A stretch of 51,263 bases of DNA from a phage: the sequence record PZ452599.1. The stretch is one strand, 5' to 3'. Shown here piece after piece: positions 37,285 to 45,027 of this stretch (its first letter is position 1; each line of letters starts with the position of its first letter). A model generated the notes under the pieces. It saw nothing but the letters and a program-made list of their open reading frames with translations. It was not told the DNA's origin and made no database searches. The translations under genes and the position numbers were made by a program.

Positions 37285-37990
37285 TTGAGTTTGACTCAAA
37301 GACGGCGCGAGCAAATCCGCGCGGAGTGAGGGAGCGGATCATCTTTGTGCGCGATGACTTACCGCCAGTTTTGGCCCAGCCTGGATTATCTTTGTCTTCC
37401 TCTTTCGGCAGGATTAAAGCGCGCGGAGGAATAACAAAGCCGTTGCCAGTCCAGAGGCACGTTTTCTTAAAATAGCGATCCCGTGCCGGAATAATATCAG
37501 GGAAGTCGGGATGTTTATCATCTTCCGGCAGATAGCCAGCGTAATCGCACGGATGGAACGTATAATCAGGCTTTCGCCATAACGTTGACAACTTGCCAAC
37601 CGGATTTTCGATCATGTAAGGAACACCGAAATAATCAGCTATATCAGCCGCGATTCTGCAAGTGTCGGCGGCCTCATCTTGGAACGATGGATTCTCAAGG
37701 CGTTTTTTGGCCCAATGGCGAGATCCGCTATTTGCAAGGTCGGTGCACGGCGGAAATGCCATAATAAAGTCAGGAATGCCCCATTCCTCCCAGCGCGCGC
37801 GGTGGTAAAATCTTTCATCAATCCAGACGTTAACGTATTCGATATTCTCATGCTGTATGCGCACTGACTGGTAATCACCGTGATCGCCGCCGTCAGCATT
37901 AAAGCAAATGCACTTATAGCCATTATCAGCCCAATCTTTAACGGCTTTACCAGATCCATCAAATAGGGAGAATATTAAACCTTTATACAT
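37280..37990 (-). CDS. DNA (cytosine-5)-methyltransferase-like protein
   Basis: 236 aa from ATG 37990 (GAGG 8 nt upstream); motif I FDGSG, motif IV FPPCTDLANSG, motif VI ENPVG. Confidence 0.6.
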   Translation of the reverse strand: MYKGLIFSLFDGSGKAVKDWADNGYKCICFNADGGDHGDYQSVRIQHENIEYVNVWIDERFYHRARWEEWGIPDFIMAFPPCTDLANSGSRHWAKKRLENPSFQDEAADTCRIAADIADYFGVPYMIENPVGKLSTLWRKPDYTFHPCDYAGYLPEDDKHPDFPDIIPARDRYFKKTCLWTGNGFVIPPRALILPKEEDKDNPGWAKTGGKSSRTKMIRSLTPRGFARAVFESNSK

Positions 37991-38000
37991 CGTCATTACC

Positions 38001-38225
38001 TCAAAACGGAAAACAGCTCGGACAACTAGGATCGAAATCGCATCCACAATCATTAACAATCATATTGGGATCTGCAAATATTGCGCTTGATTCAAGATCC
38101 ATATCCATATCACCTAAAGCCTCATCAAGAGTCTTAATTTTATATGCCACTTCAAGCGCCGCCTCTTTATTTAGTCCGGCATCTTCTGCCATTTGAAGGC
38201 GCTCAAAAAAACCGTCCTGACTCAT
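38001..38225 (-). CDS. small acidic protein (candidate DNA-mimic / anti-restriction)
   Basis: 74 aa, strongly D/E-rich with C-terminal CGCDFDPSCPSC; GGGAG RBS; ATGA-coupled to upstream membrane peptide; immediately upstream of the C5-MTase gene. Confidence 0.45.
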   Translation of the reverse strand: MSQDGFFERLQMAEDAGLNKEAALEVAYKIKTLDEALGDMDMDLESSAIFADPNMIVNDCGCDFDPSCPSCFPF

Positions 38226-38338
38226 CGCATAACTCCCTTAATAACAGCCAAGATAATAGCCAGGCCAGCAGCAGTAACCAAAAATCCAACCGCGCCAATA
38301 ATCGAATAAAAAAAGAAATCAATAGCTTTATCTATCAT
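38222..38338 (-). CDS. small membrane peptide (38 aa, not in ORF track)
   Basis: ATG 38338 with GAGGTG RBS; single hydrophobic helix; stop overlaps next ATG. Confidence 0.45.
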   Translation of the reverse strand: MIDKAIDFFFYSIIGAVGFLVTAAGLAIILAVIKGVMR

Positions 38339-38349
38339 TTTTCACCTCA

Positions 38350-38373
38350 TTTAAAAGGCGGCAAAACGCCGCC
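38350..38373 (-). terminator. intrinsic terminator
   Basis: Hairpin GGCGGC-AAAA-CGCCGCC with A-run on + strand (T-run on - strand) after gene 38381-38608. Confidence 0.5.
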
Positions 38374-38380
38374 AGATTAA

Positions 38381-38608
38381 TTAAAGAGCGCGCCAACTTT
38401 GAATATAGAAAGCGTTTTCTTCCAGTAATTCTTTTACCTGATCTTTATTGTATTTGCGCACCTTACCGCCTGGATGGATACCAATAAGATAGCCGCCTTT
38501 GCCCTCGGTGATAGTGATTTGGCTAATTCCGCAGGACTTATCAAGTTTTACAGCCACGCGGTGATGAGCGTCAATAGTTGCCATAATGTTTAAAACTTTT
38601 GCTTTCAT
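38381..38608 (-). CDS. hypothetical protein
   Basis: 75 aa; GAGGA RBS; followed by leftward intrinsic terminator. Confidence 0.5.
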   Translation of the reverse strand: MKAKVLNIMATIDAHHRVAVKLDKSCGISQITITEGKGGYLIGIHPGGKVRKYNKDQVKELLEENAFYIQSWRAL

Positions 38609-38716
38609 TTAAATATCCTCAATTGAAATATGAATGACGTGGCGCTCTTTTTCCGTCGCCGCCGTAATGGTCATTTGCAACCGCCACCATCCAAGCGTTT
38701 TTGAAAATAAATAGCC

Positions 38717-38929
38717 TCATTTCTTATTTTTCAGCTTAAATTTATGACCTGGAACACCAGCTCCAATATACCCATCGTTGTATTCCATTAAATAAAGGTG
38801 AAGACCATTATCTGAAATTACATGAGGATCTTCTTTGAGATTTCCCATTAGTGGATATTCTTTTCCGCGCGTAAATTTCCAAATTGAGTTATAAGTTTCT
38901 ACGCATTTAAGTTTTAATTGCTTTGCCAT
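38717..38929 (-). CDS. hypothetical protein
   Basis: 70 aa; TAATG-type overlap with upstream gene. Confidence 0.45.
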   Translation of the reverse strand: MAKQLKLKCVETYNSIWKFTRGKEYPLMGNLKEDPHVISDNGLHLYLMEYNDGYIGAGVPGHKFKLKNKK

Positions 38930-39210
38930 TATGCGATCCCAGTTACGTTAAAACTTACAGCCTTTGTTGCGCTAAATACATAAGCATCAACAGCGCCGCC
39001 AAATACACGAATTTTACCCTGGCCGTACTGCGCATTCATATTTCGCCAAACCGTTCTATTAGAGCAGAATGCGCTACCAGTCTTAATAAGCGTATCCATC
39101 TCTTTTCTTAGATCGCGATAGTCCAGCCAGAATCTAAAGGCACGCTGTTTAATTCGCGCCGCCTTGATTTTTTCTCTTGCGCTATTGAAATCATTCTTTC
39201 CGTATGCCAT
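38929..39210 (-). CDS. hypothetical protein
   Basis: 93 aa; overlapping start/stop with neighbours. Confidence 0.45.
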   Translation of the reverse strand: MAYGKNDFNSAREKIKAARIKQRAFRFWLDYRDLRKEMDTLIKTGSAFCSNRTVWRNMNAQYGQGKIRVFGGAVDAYVFSATKAVSFNVTGIA

Positions 39211-39407
39211 TAAATGATCTCCATGTATGTTTCAAAGCCATTTAACTTGAACAGGCCGTTTTCACATTTGCGCACGTTCCAAGTTAGCCCTGAGTGGTAC
39301 GCCTCCATATCATCAAGGTCAATGGTGATTTCAGCACCTTTCTTAAACAAACCTTTTTCGTGAGACTTGTCGCGCTTAACAACTTTAACATCAACCTGAT
39401 TTTCCAT
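39210..39407 (-). CDS. hypothetical protein
   Basis: 65 aa from ATG 39407 (GAGGA 7 nt upstream); track start 39458 would lie inside promoter motif 39463-39483. Confidence 0.5.
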   Translation of the reverse strand: MENQVDVKVVKRDKSHEKGLFKKGAEITIDLDDMEAYHSGLTWNVRKCENGLFKLNGFETYMEII

Positions 39408-39438
39408 CTTTAAATCCTCGCTTGTTGTCGATGGGTGT

Positions 39439-39483
39439 AATATACCATTCAGGCGCACATAGTTTTTAACAAAAAGTGCTATT
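39439..39483 (-). promoter_or_regulatory. motif-type promoter with conserved leader
   Basis: Motif 39463-39483; TATATT -10; leader ACACCCATCGACAACAAGCGAGGA nearly identical to that at 39915-39944. Confidence 0.5.
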
Positions 39484-39769
39484 AAACAACTTTTCCAGTT
39501 AAAGAGATAAGTTGCCTTGTGATTTTGTGGCGGCGATACTGACGCTCGACAACAGGAAGGTTTTCACCGATTTGATGACCAAAACAGATCGGCAATTCAC
39601 CTTCAAGGGATCGGAAGCCACCAAATTCAAGATCCCGCACTGGCTTAGCGCGCCAGGCTTCAATAAATCCGCGCTCGTCACGAGTGATATAGCGGTATAT
39701 ATTCGGGAGGGGCAATTGTATCCCCTCAAAATCCACTGTGTCGGTGTAGCTGTAAAACTTAGAACTCAT
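39482..39769 (-). CDS. hypothetical protein
   Basis: 95 aa from ATG 39769; track start 39820 overlaps an upstream small gene; stop inside motif copy. Confidence 0.45.
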   Translation of the reverse strand: MSSKFYSYTDTVDFEGIQLPLPNIYRYITRDERGFIEAWRAKPVRDLEFGGFRSLEGELPICFGHQIGENLPVVERQYRRHKITRQLISLTGKVV

Positions 39770-39912
39770 AGTCAACAACTCCAAACTCGTTAACGATTTG
39801 CGCCTTATAGAAGCCACCATTTTTCGCCAGGTTGTAACAAGCGGCTAAGGTTTCAAATTCGCGCGCTTCCGGCTGGCTGTTTTCGTGTTCCCAGGTAATC
39901 AGAGTAACCATT
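39763..39912 (-). CDS. hypothetical small protein (49 aa, not in ORF track)
   Basis: ATG 39912 with GAGGA RBS, downstream of motif promoter 39945-39989; leader nearly identical to that of gene 39210-39407. Confidence 0.45.
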
Positions 39913-39944
39913 TTCAAATCCTCGCATTCGTTGTCGATGCGTGT

Positions 39945-39989
39945 AATGTACAGGAATACGAGGATTGAGTTTTAACAAAAAGTGCTATT
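39945..39989 (-). promoter_or_regulatory. motif-type promoter with conserved leader
   Basis: Motif 39969-39989; TACATT -10; leader ACACGCATCGACAACGAATGCGAGGA. Confidence 0.5.
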
Positions 39990-40252
39990 TAGTCCAGGAA
40001 TTCGATTTCACGCTCTCCAGTTAACGGATCCACAAGCCAGAATCCGAGCGGTTCGCCGTGAACACCGCCATAGAATCCAAGCGCTGTCAGATCTTCACCT
40101 TTAACGAATACCAGGTTTCCGCTACGGCTTACGTGAGACACGTTAACGATAACCGGAAATGTGCGATCCTTAAATGCAGGCCGCAGGGCGTAACATCCGT
40201 TGTTGAGCAAACGTGCTTTGCGCTTAACTGGAATAGGTGCATTAATTTTCAT
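39989..40252 (-). CDS. hypothetical protein
   Basis: 87 aa; AAGGAG RBS; stop inside motif copy. Confidence 0.5.
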   Translation of the reverse strand: MKINAPIPVKRKARLLNNGCYALRPAFKDRTFPVIVNVSHVSRSGNLVFVKGEDLTALGFYGGVHGEPLGFWLVDPLTGEREIEFLD

Positions 40253-40478
40253 GGTTATTACTCCTTATCGTAAAGATTTAAAGACGTATAGTTTATTGCG
40301 GTAACTATATATCCGCATTGTTATTTCTCGCAGTGCAATATATTCCTTCCTGTTTTCCGGCAGACTGGCGAGCAATAACAGGCAGTATTTATAAGCGCGG
40401 TCAAGATTTCTTTCCGTGCCCCTGCAATATCCCTTGTTGCGCCTGGAACGGTACAGCCATAACAATTTCTTGAACATT

Positions 40479-40688
40479 TCAGATACGCCCATACAGATCA
40501 CAGACTTCGTTGATAAAACAGCGTTGAGACTCTTTATCCTGCTTCTCAAACATCGCACGGCACTCATAGCGGTGATTATGCACGATGACAACAACCATAT
40601 TTTCAGGTGCTGACGGGTGACGCGCGGAAGCGTCGCAGATTGAAACATCCATACCCATCTCATGTGCTTTCTTGATCACATCCAACAT
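40479..40688 (-). CDS. hypothetical protein
   Basis: 69 aa from ATG 40688 (AGGAGA 7 nt upstream). Confidence 0.45.
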   Translation of the reverse strand: MLDVIKKAHEMGMDVSICDASARHPSAPENMVVVIVHNHRYECRAMFEKQDKESQRCFINEVCDLYGRI

Positions 40689-40942
40689 TTTTTCTTCTCC
40701 TGCAATAAGCAAACATCATTGATAAAATCAGCACGGCCCTTAATGTTGCTGATGTGGAACGTCTTTTCAGCGTACAGGCCATCACCTTCAATCACGATCA
40801 TTACGCGAGTCGGTTTATTCACGGGCGCACACGAAAAGAGTGGTCGCACCGGAAGAAATTTAGTAGCCACATCCAGGTTAGCCCTGGCGGCCCTGCAAAA
40901 TGCCTCCGCCAGATCCAAATCATTTTCGGTAATCACCGCCAT
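40676..40942 (-). CDS. hypothetical protein
   Basis: 88 aa; start overlaps upstream stop. Confidence 0.45.
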   Translation of the reverse strand: MAVITENDLDLAEAFCRAARANLDVATKFLPVRPLFSCAPVNKPTRVMIVIEGDGLYAEKTFHISNIKGRADFINDVCLLQEKKKCWM

Positions 40943-41214
40943 TACTTCTTGATCTCCTCACTGATAAATTTCAGCACCTGACGCAAGAAAACCTCGTTGT
41001 TGATAGTCGCTGGCAATTCTTCTTTCACTTCTTGCGGCAGATAGATATTGCCGTGCCAGGTCAAGCAATCGTAGTTGATACGATAAGAGCAAAGCCACTC
41101 GCAATCGTTATCTGCTTCCCAAATACAGAGTTGCAGAACATCGCCAAAATCTTCAACAGTCAGATCCAGACCGTGACGCTTAGCGAAATTGAAAGTGGTT
41201 TTGCTGATGTTCAT
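40942..41214 (-). CDS. hypothetical protein
   Basis: 90 aa; GGAG RBS; first gene downstream of motif promoter 41249-41293. Confidence 0.5.
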   Translation of the reverse strand: MNISKTTFNFAKRHGLDLTVEDFGDVLQLCIWEADNDCEWLCSYRINYDCLTWHGNIYLPQEVKEELPATINNEVFLRQVLKFISEEIKK

Positions 41215-41248
41215 TGCTATCTCCTGAGCGGTTCGTTTTGATGTGTGT

Positions 41249-41293
41249 AATGTACCCGATCAGACGACCTGAGTTTTAACAAAAAGTGCTATT
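41249..41293 (-). promoter_or_regulatory. motif-type promoter with conserved leader
   Basis: Motif 41273-41293; TACATT -10; leader ACACACATCAAAACGAACCG; upstream of gene 40942-41214. Confidence 0.5.
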
Positions 41294-41322
41294 TGACGGT
41301 TAGCGCCAGGATTGTGATCGAA

Positions 41323-41413
41323 ATAATCAGAAGTAATCATTCGTAATCAAATCACGTCAAAATGATGATTGCCTTTGCAAATTTGATGAGAAAAGTAATC
41401 ACGTTTAATCATT
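41323..41413. repeat. cluster of short GTAATCA / TAATCA iteron-like repeats
   Basis: At least five copies in 90 bp inside the 600-bp non-coding region; a related TTAATCATTAAT element occurs at about 21035-21047. Confidence 0.45.
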
Positions 41414-41831
41414 GGTTGCAGGGGAGATAGTGAAACCTTCCCCTCTTGCCTCACTTTTCCGCCTGGCTGTCAGTGGTTGTTATGTTCCGTTCCCACGTGT
41501 TTTTTTGTTGACCTTCCGCAAAATACGATAACAAAAAATAACAAACAATACCTATATAATACATTGAAAAATAAGGATTATTTATTTATATGTATCTATA
41601 TATTCTCTTTTGTTATCTTGGTTATTGTGGTATTTGGTGGGGGTATATAGTTTTTGTGTATCTGTATGTGTGTATGGGTATGTAGGGGCATATATATCTA
41701 TATGGCGCTTTCCGCGCGAAAACTTCGATAACAGGCAATGATAACATTGATTTATAAGGAAAAATAACGCCCATATTGTTATTGTGCCACCATATAAAAT
41801 TGATAAAACACGCGGGAACAAGAAAAAACAG

Positions 41832-41860
41832 TTGACACATTAAATAGCATTATTGATAAT
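41832..41860 (+). promoter_or_regulatory. sigma70 consensus-like promoter (TTGACA, 17 nt spacer, GATAAT) for the rightward early operon
   Basis: Hexamers at 41832-41837 and 41855-41860; GGAACAAGAAAAA box immediately upstream; RBS and ATG 41889 follow. Confidence 0.6.
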
Positions 41861-41888
41861 GCCCACACCTAACAACCAGGAGGCAGAA

Positions 41889-42353
41889 ATGAGCGAGCAA
41901 TCATTCACTGACACGCTGCGCCGTGCCGCTATTATGCTGGCTAACGGCGAGGAAGAGACGATCAAGATTCCTGACGCGTATTTGCAGGTCCACATGTTCG
42001 GCAAGAAGTCGGCAAGCAATCCGGCGGCCTACATTCGCCAGATCATGAGTCGAGTGCCAGAAGTCGCCGAGCGGGGGCGCGTATCCGTTACCCGTGGCGT
42101 TTACGGGCCGGAAGATGAAAACTTCGGTAGCACTTTCTACGAGGTGCGGATTGTTGAAGGTCGCCGCAAGGTTTACAACAAAGAGGCACTGGAAAGGGCA
42201 GTACGCCAGGCCAAGCGCAAAGTTGCAGAGGCGATCATTGATATGTCACCCAACCTGGCAAACTATGAGCCGGAAGAGTACGAAACATTATCAAAGGCCG
42301 TCGCTGACTTTCACGCGATGATCAAAAAAACTTTCCTGGAGGATGAGCAATGA
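41889..42353 (+). CDS. hypothetical early protein
   Basis: 154 aa from ATG 41889 (AGGAGG RBS); first gene after canonical promoter 41832-41860. Confidence 0.55.
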   Translation: MSEQSFTDTLRRAAIMLANGEEETIKIPDAYLQVHMFGKKSASNPAAYIRQIMSRVPEVAERGRVSVTRGVYGPEDENFGSTFYEVRIVEGRRKVYNKEALERAVRQAKRKVAEAIIDMSPNLANYEPEEYETLSKAVADFHAMIKKTFLEDEQ

Positions 42354-42613
42354 AAAAGGCATTAATCAGCGTTTTGGCGGCAATGGCATTCCTGACCGGA
42401 TGTAATGGTGATGGCGCTTACGTCGATGCGCAAATGGCTAACCCTTCCGATACTTACAACGTCAGAAAACTATTTACAGTTGATGGTTGCGATGTGTACA
42501 GGTTCAGCGATAGCCGATACGTGTACTTTACCAACTGCCAGGGTAGCGCAAACTGGTCAACTAACGAAGGTAAGTCGGTTGGTCACTACCAGAACACAAC
42601 AAACGTGAAATAG
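42350..42613 (+). CDS. lipoprotein (second; candidate superinfection exclusion or surface-modifying protein)
   Basis: 87 aa; ATGA coupling; signal peptide with lipobox FLTGC (MKKALISVLAAMAFLTGC). Confidence 0.55.
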   Translation: MKKALISVLAAMAFLTGCNGDGAYVDAQMANPSDTYNVRKLFTVDGCDVYRFSDSRYVYFTNCQGSANWSTNEGKSVGHYQNTTNVK

Positions 42614-42653
42614 CACTTTTTGTTAAAACGCCAGGTGCAAAGCCTGGCATAAT
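42611..42653 (+). promoter_or_regulatory. motif-type promoter
   Basis: Motif 42611-42629 (begins with stop codon of lipoprotein gene); spacer hairpin GCCAGG...CCTGGC; CATAAT 42648-42653. Confidence 0.5.
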
Positions 42654-42685
42654 AGCCTCATCGAAACGAGATTGAGGAAACAAAA

Positions 42686-42871
42686 ATGGCACGTCGCATC
42701 ACCAAAGACCTTAAAGTTCTTAACAAAGAAAACGTAGTTAAAATCCTGGTTATTTGGGGCTACAACGAAGAAACAGCAAAGCAGAAGGTAGAGGCAGGTT
42801 ATGACCTGGCTGTAAAAGCAATGCCAAACGACGACGCCAAAGGCATTGCAAACTATGTAGCTTTCTTTTAA
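42686..42871 (+). CDS. hypothetical protein
   Basis: 61 aa; GAGGAAA RBS; downstream of motif promoter 42611-42653. Confidence 0.5.
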   Translation: MARRITKDLKVLNKENVVKILVIWGYNEETAKQKVEAGYDLAVKAMPNDDAKGIANYVAFF

Positions 42872-42886
42872 TTAGCGGGTGAATAA

Positions 42887-43072
42887 ATGAAAACGAAATT
42901 AGTCCATAAATCAGAAATTAAGATCGGCGATACTGTGATTCACAACGGCGAGCTTAGAACGGTTGGCAAAGAGTCAATAAGCCACGATGAATTTATGGGG
43001 ATCTTGTTGTTCGGTGACTCTTATCGTCTTGGTTACAAGATGGTTGAGCTTGTGGAAGAGGTAAAATTCTAA
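42887..43072 (+). CDS. hypothetical protein
   Basis: 61 aa; GGGTG RBS; C-terminus VELVEEVKF resembles C-termini of 44364 and 44582 gene products. Confidence 0.45.
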   Translation: MKTKLVHKSEIKIGDTVIHNGELRTVGKESISHDEFMGILLFGDSYRLGYKMVELVEEVKF

Positions 43073-43073
43073 A

Positions 43074-43116
43074 TAGCACTTTTTGTTAAAACTCGAAAAC
43101 GATAACCAGGCATAAT
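43074..43116 (+). promoter_or_regulatory. motif-type promoter
   Basis: Motif 43074-43092; 18-nt spacer; CATAAT 43111-43116; upstream of gene 43172. Confidence 0.5.
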
Positions 43117-43171
43117 AAATCACATAGGGCGGCACGGCGTCACCCAGTTAAACCAATCAGGAGAAAGCACC

Positions 43172-44065
43172 ATGTTAAAACTTGCTGACATTAAATTCCC
43201 TATCACCTTCGAATCTCGCGGCATTGGTCATTACATTTTTACCGATGAAAAAACATGCCATAAGGTTGATATGAATAGCGACAAACTAAGCCCATCAACA
43301 ATGGAGATCCTGCACTTTATTGATGCGCACAATACGCATTACAACGCACTTAAAGACTATGGCTATGCAATGCCAGGCTACACATGTTTGCACTACAAGC
43401 CATATAAGGGCCAGGTGTTACCAGTGCGCTCACCGGAACGCGCAGAGATTCCGATGGTCAATATGAAAACCTGCGACTACAAAAAGCTGTGGTGCTTAAG
43501 TCTGGACAATATCAAGTATCCGATCACGTTCCACACGACTGGTAAGTCAACGATTCGCTACACATCGCGCGACAATGGCGTTTATAGCGATGGTACGAAA
43601 TCAGAGTTGAAAGTTGATTTCTTTGTCAACGGTCACAACAAATTCAATCCGCACAACGAAGAGGATAAAGTGTATTACGTGGAAGACATTACAAAACACT
43701 TGTTTGGAGAAACTCCATTCGGCGGCGGAAAGACGTCAATTCAAAAAATCATTGGCGAGGAGATCCACAAAGCGGCTGCCGAAATGAAAGCGCCTGGAGG
43801 CTGGCGTATTGATAAGAGCGCCTTTGCCTATCAAGAAATCGTAACGCAGGGCGCGATTGAAGATATGCCAGTTGCAGCCACGCTAAAAGGAGTCCGACTT
43901 GATGACGGCACATGGTATGAGTTAACGGCTACACCAAAGACGATCGAAATTCATGATGATGTTGTTATCCTTCTGCTTCACTACGGCGGCACTAAAAACC
44001 GGACTGTTGCAGGTGAGATCAGCATCAAGCGCGGAACGATGGTTAAGTGGAAGGTGAAGATTTGA
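43172..44065 (+). CDS. hypothetical protein with internal duplication
   Basis: 297 aa; AGGAGA RBS; two related segments (LADIKFPITFESRG... / LDNIKYPITFHTTG...). Confidence 0.55.
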   Translation: MLKLADIKFPITFESRGIGHYIFTDEKTCHKVDMNSDKLSPSTMEILHFIDAHNTHYNALKDYGYAMPGYTCLHYKPYKGQVLPVRSPERAEIPMVNMKTCDYKKLWCLSLDNIKYPITFHTTGKSTIRYTSRDNGVYSDGTKSELKVDFFVNGHNKFNPHNEEDKVYYVEDITKHLFGETPFGGGKTSIQKIIGEEIHKAAAEMKAPGGWRIDKSAFAYQEIVTQGAIEDMPVAATLKGVRLDDGTWYELTATPKTIEIHDDVVILLLHYGGTKNRTVAGEISIKRGTMVKWKVKI

Positions 44066-44141
44066 GTTTGCTCACTGCGGCGCACGTCGCCGCATGGATC
44101 GGATTGTTTGCCTACCTGTTTAGCTTTTATTGAGGTGAGAG

Positions 44142-44294
44142 ATGGCTACCTGGATTTTGCTGATTCTTATGATTGATGGCGGCGTTGACCATATCGAAAT
44201 GAATAGCCAGCAATCTTGCATTGAGGCACGAGAGCAGATCAAGAACAACAACAGGTTTTATGCGTACACTCACACGCTATGTATTAAGAAATAG
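44142..44294 (+). CDS. small membrane protein (50 aa, not in ORF track)
   Basis: ATG 44142 with GAGGTGAGAG RBS; N-terminal hydrophobic helix WILLILMI; stop TAG begins next motif copy. Confidence 0.45.
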   Translation: MATWILLILMIDGGVDHIEMNSQQSCIEAREQIKNNNRFYAYTHTLCIKK

Positions 44295-44333
44295 CACTTT
44301 TTGTTAAAACTCAAATGTGGGGCCAGGTATAAT
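44292..44333 (+). promoter_or_regulatory. motif-type promoter
   Basis: Motif 44292-44310; TATAAT 44328-44333 lies in the loop of hairpin GGGCC...GGCCC; upstream of gene 44364. Confidence 0.5.
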
Positions 44334-44363
44334 GGCCCTACTTTCAACGAAGGAGATAAAACG

Positions 44364-44582
44364 ATGTACATTAAAAAGAAGATGAAATGCGTTTCCGTTA
44401 ACTATGCTTGCTCTGGTATGTTCAAGCCTGGCGAAATCTATACAGCGCAAAAACTGAAATCATCAACCGGATCTTTTTACGTGAGCAATAGTAAGGGGCA
44501 TCGCATGTTCCTGAACGGCGGCGAAGGCACTAAGGTTATGGCACACGCTATGGTAATGGCTGAATTTGAGGAGGTGAAATAA
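44364..44582 (+). CDS. small protein of FxPGxxY family, paralog 1
   Basis: 72 aa from ATG 44364 (AAGGAG RBS); FKPGEIY...FLNGGEG and C-terminal AEFEEVK shared with next gene and HAD-protein C-terminus. Confidence 0.5.
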   Translation: MYIKKKMKCVSVNYACSGMFKPGEIYTAQKLKSSTGSFYVSNSKGHRMFLNGGEGTKVMAHAMVMAEFEEVK

Positions 44583-44815
44583 TGATCATTGAAAACAACT
44601 TTCTTTGCGTTAAGAGCAATCGACCATTCTTCACGCCTGGCAAGGTGTACCAGGGCAAGAAGGACACAAGAGATGGTCACTCTTATCATGTTCACTGCAA
44701 CAACGGATACAAGTTTTACCTTAACGGCGAGAATGGAACTGAGATCGTTGCTTTTGAAAACGTAGTTGCCGAGTTTGAGCAGCTTACAGACGCTGAATTT
44801 GAGGAAGTGAAATAA
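44582..44815 (+). CDS. small protein of FxPGxxY family, paralog 2
   Basis: 77 aa; TAATG overlap; FTPGKVY...YLNGENG; ends AEFEEVK. Confidence 0.5.
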   Translation: MIIENNFLCVKSNRPFFTPGKVYQGKKDTRDGHSYHVHCNNGYKFYLNGENGTEIVAFENVVAEFEQLTDAEFEEVK

Positions 44816-44817
44816 TC

Positions 44818-45027
44818 ATGGATCAGAACAAAACAGCAAAATATAAATTCACTGACGACTACGGAGACACTATCGACGTTTATCAGCGTGGGAATCAGAT
44901 CTTTATAGATGGCACTTTCGAATATGGCCGGATGCCAGACTTTCGGGGAATACTTTCGGCAGATAGCGCGCGACGCATGGCGAACGTGTTAAATAAACTG
45001 GCGGCAAAGATTGAGGCGATGCAATGA
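44818..45027 (+). CDS. hypothetical protein
   Basis: 69 aa; tightly packed after paralog 2. Confidence 0.45.
   Translation: MDQNKTAKYKFTDDYGDTIDVYQRGNQIFIDGTFEYGRMPDFRGILSADSARRMANVLNKLAAKIEAMQ

Noticed and set aside
40265-40663. 132-aa minus-strand ORF (MRWVWMFQSATLPRV...)
   Set aside because: Overlaps gene 40479-40688 and spans a repeat-containing regulatory gap; Arg/Cys/Tyr-rich composition unlike the other proteins; no RBS at its start.
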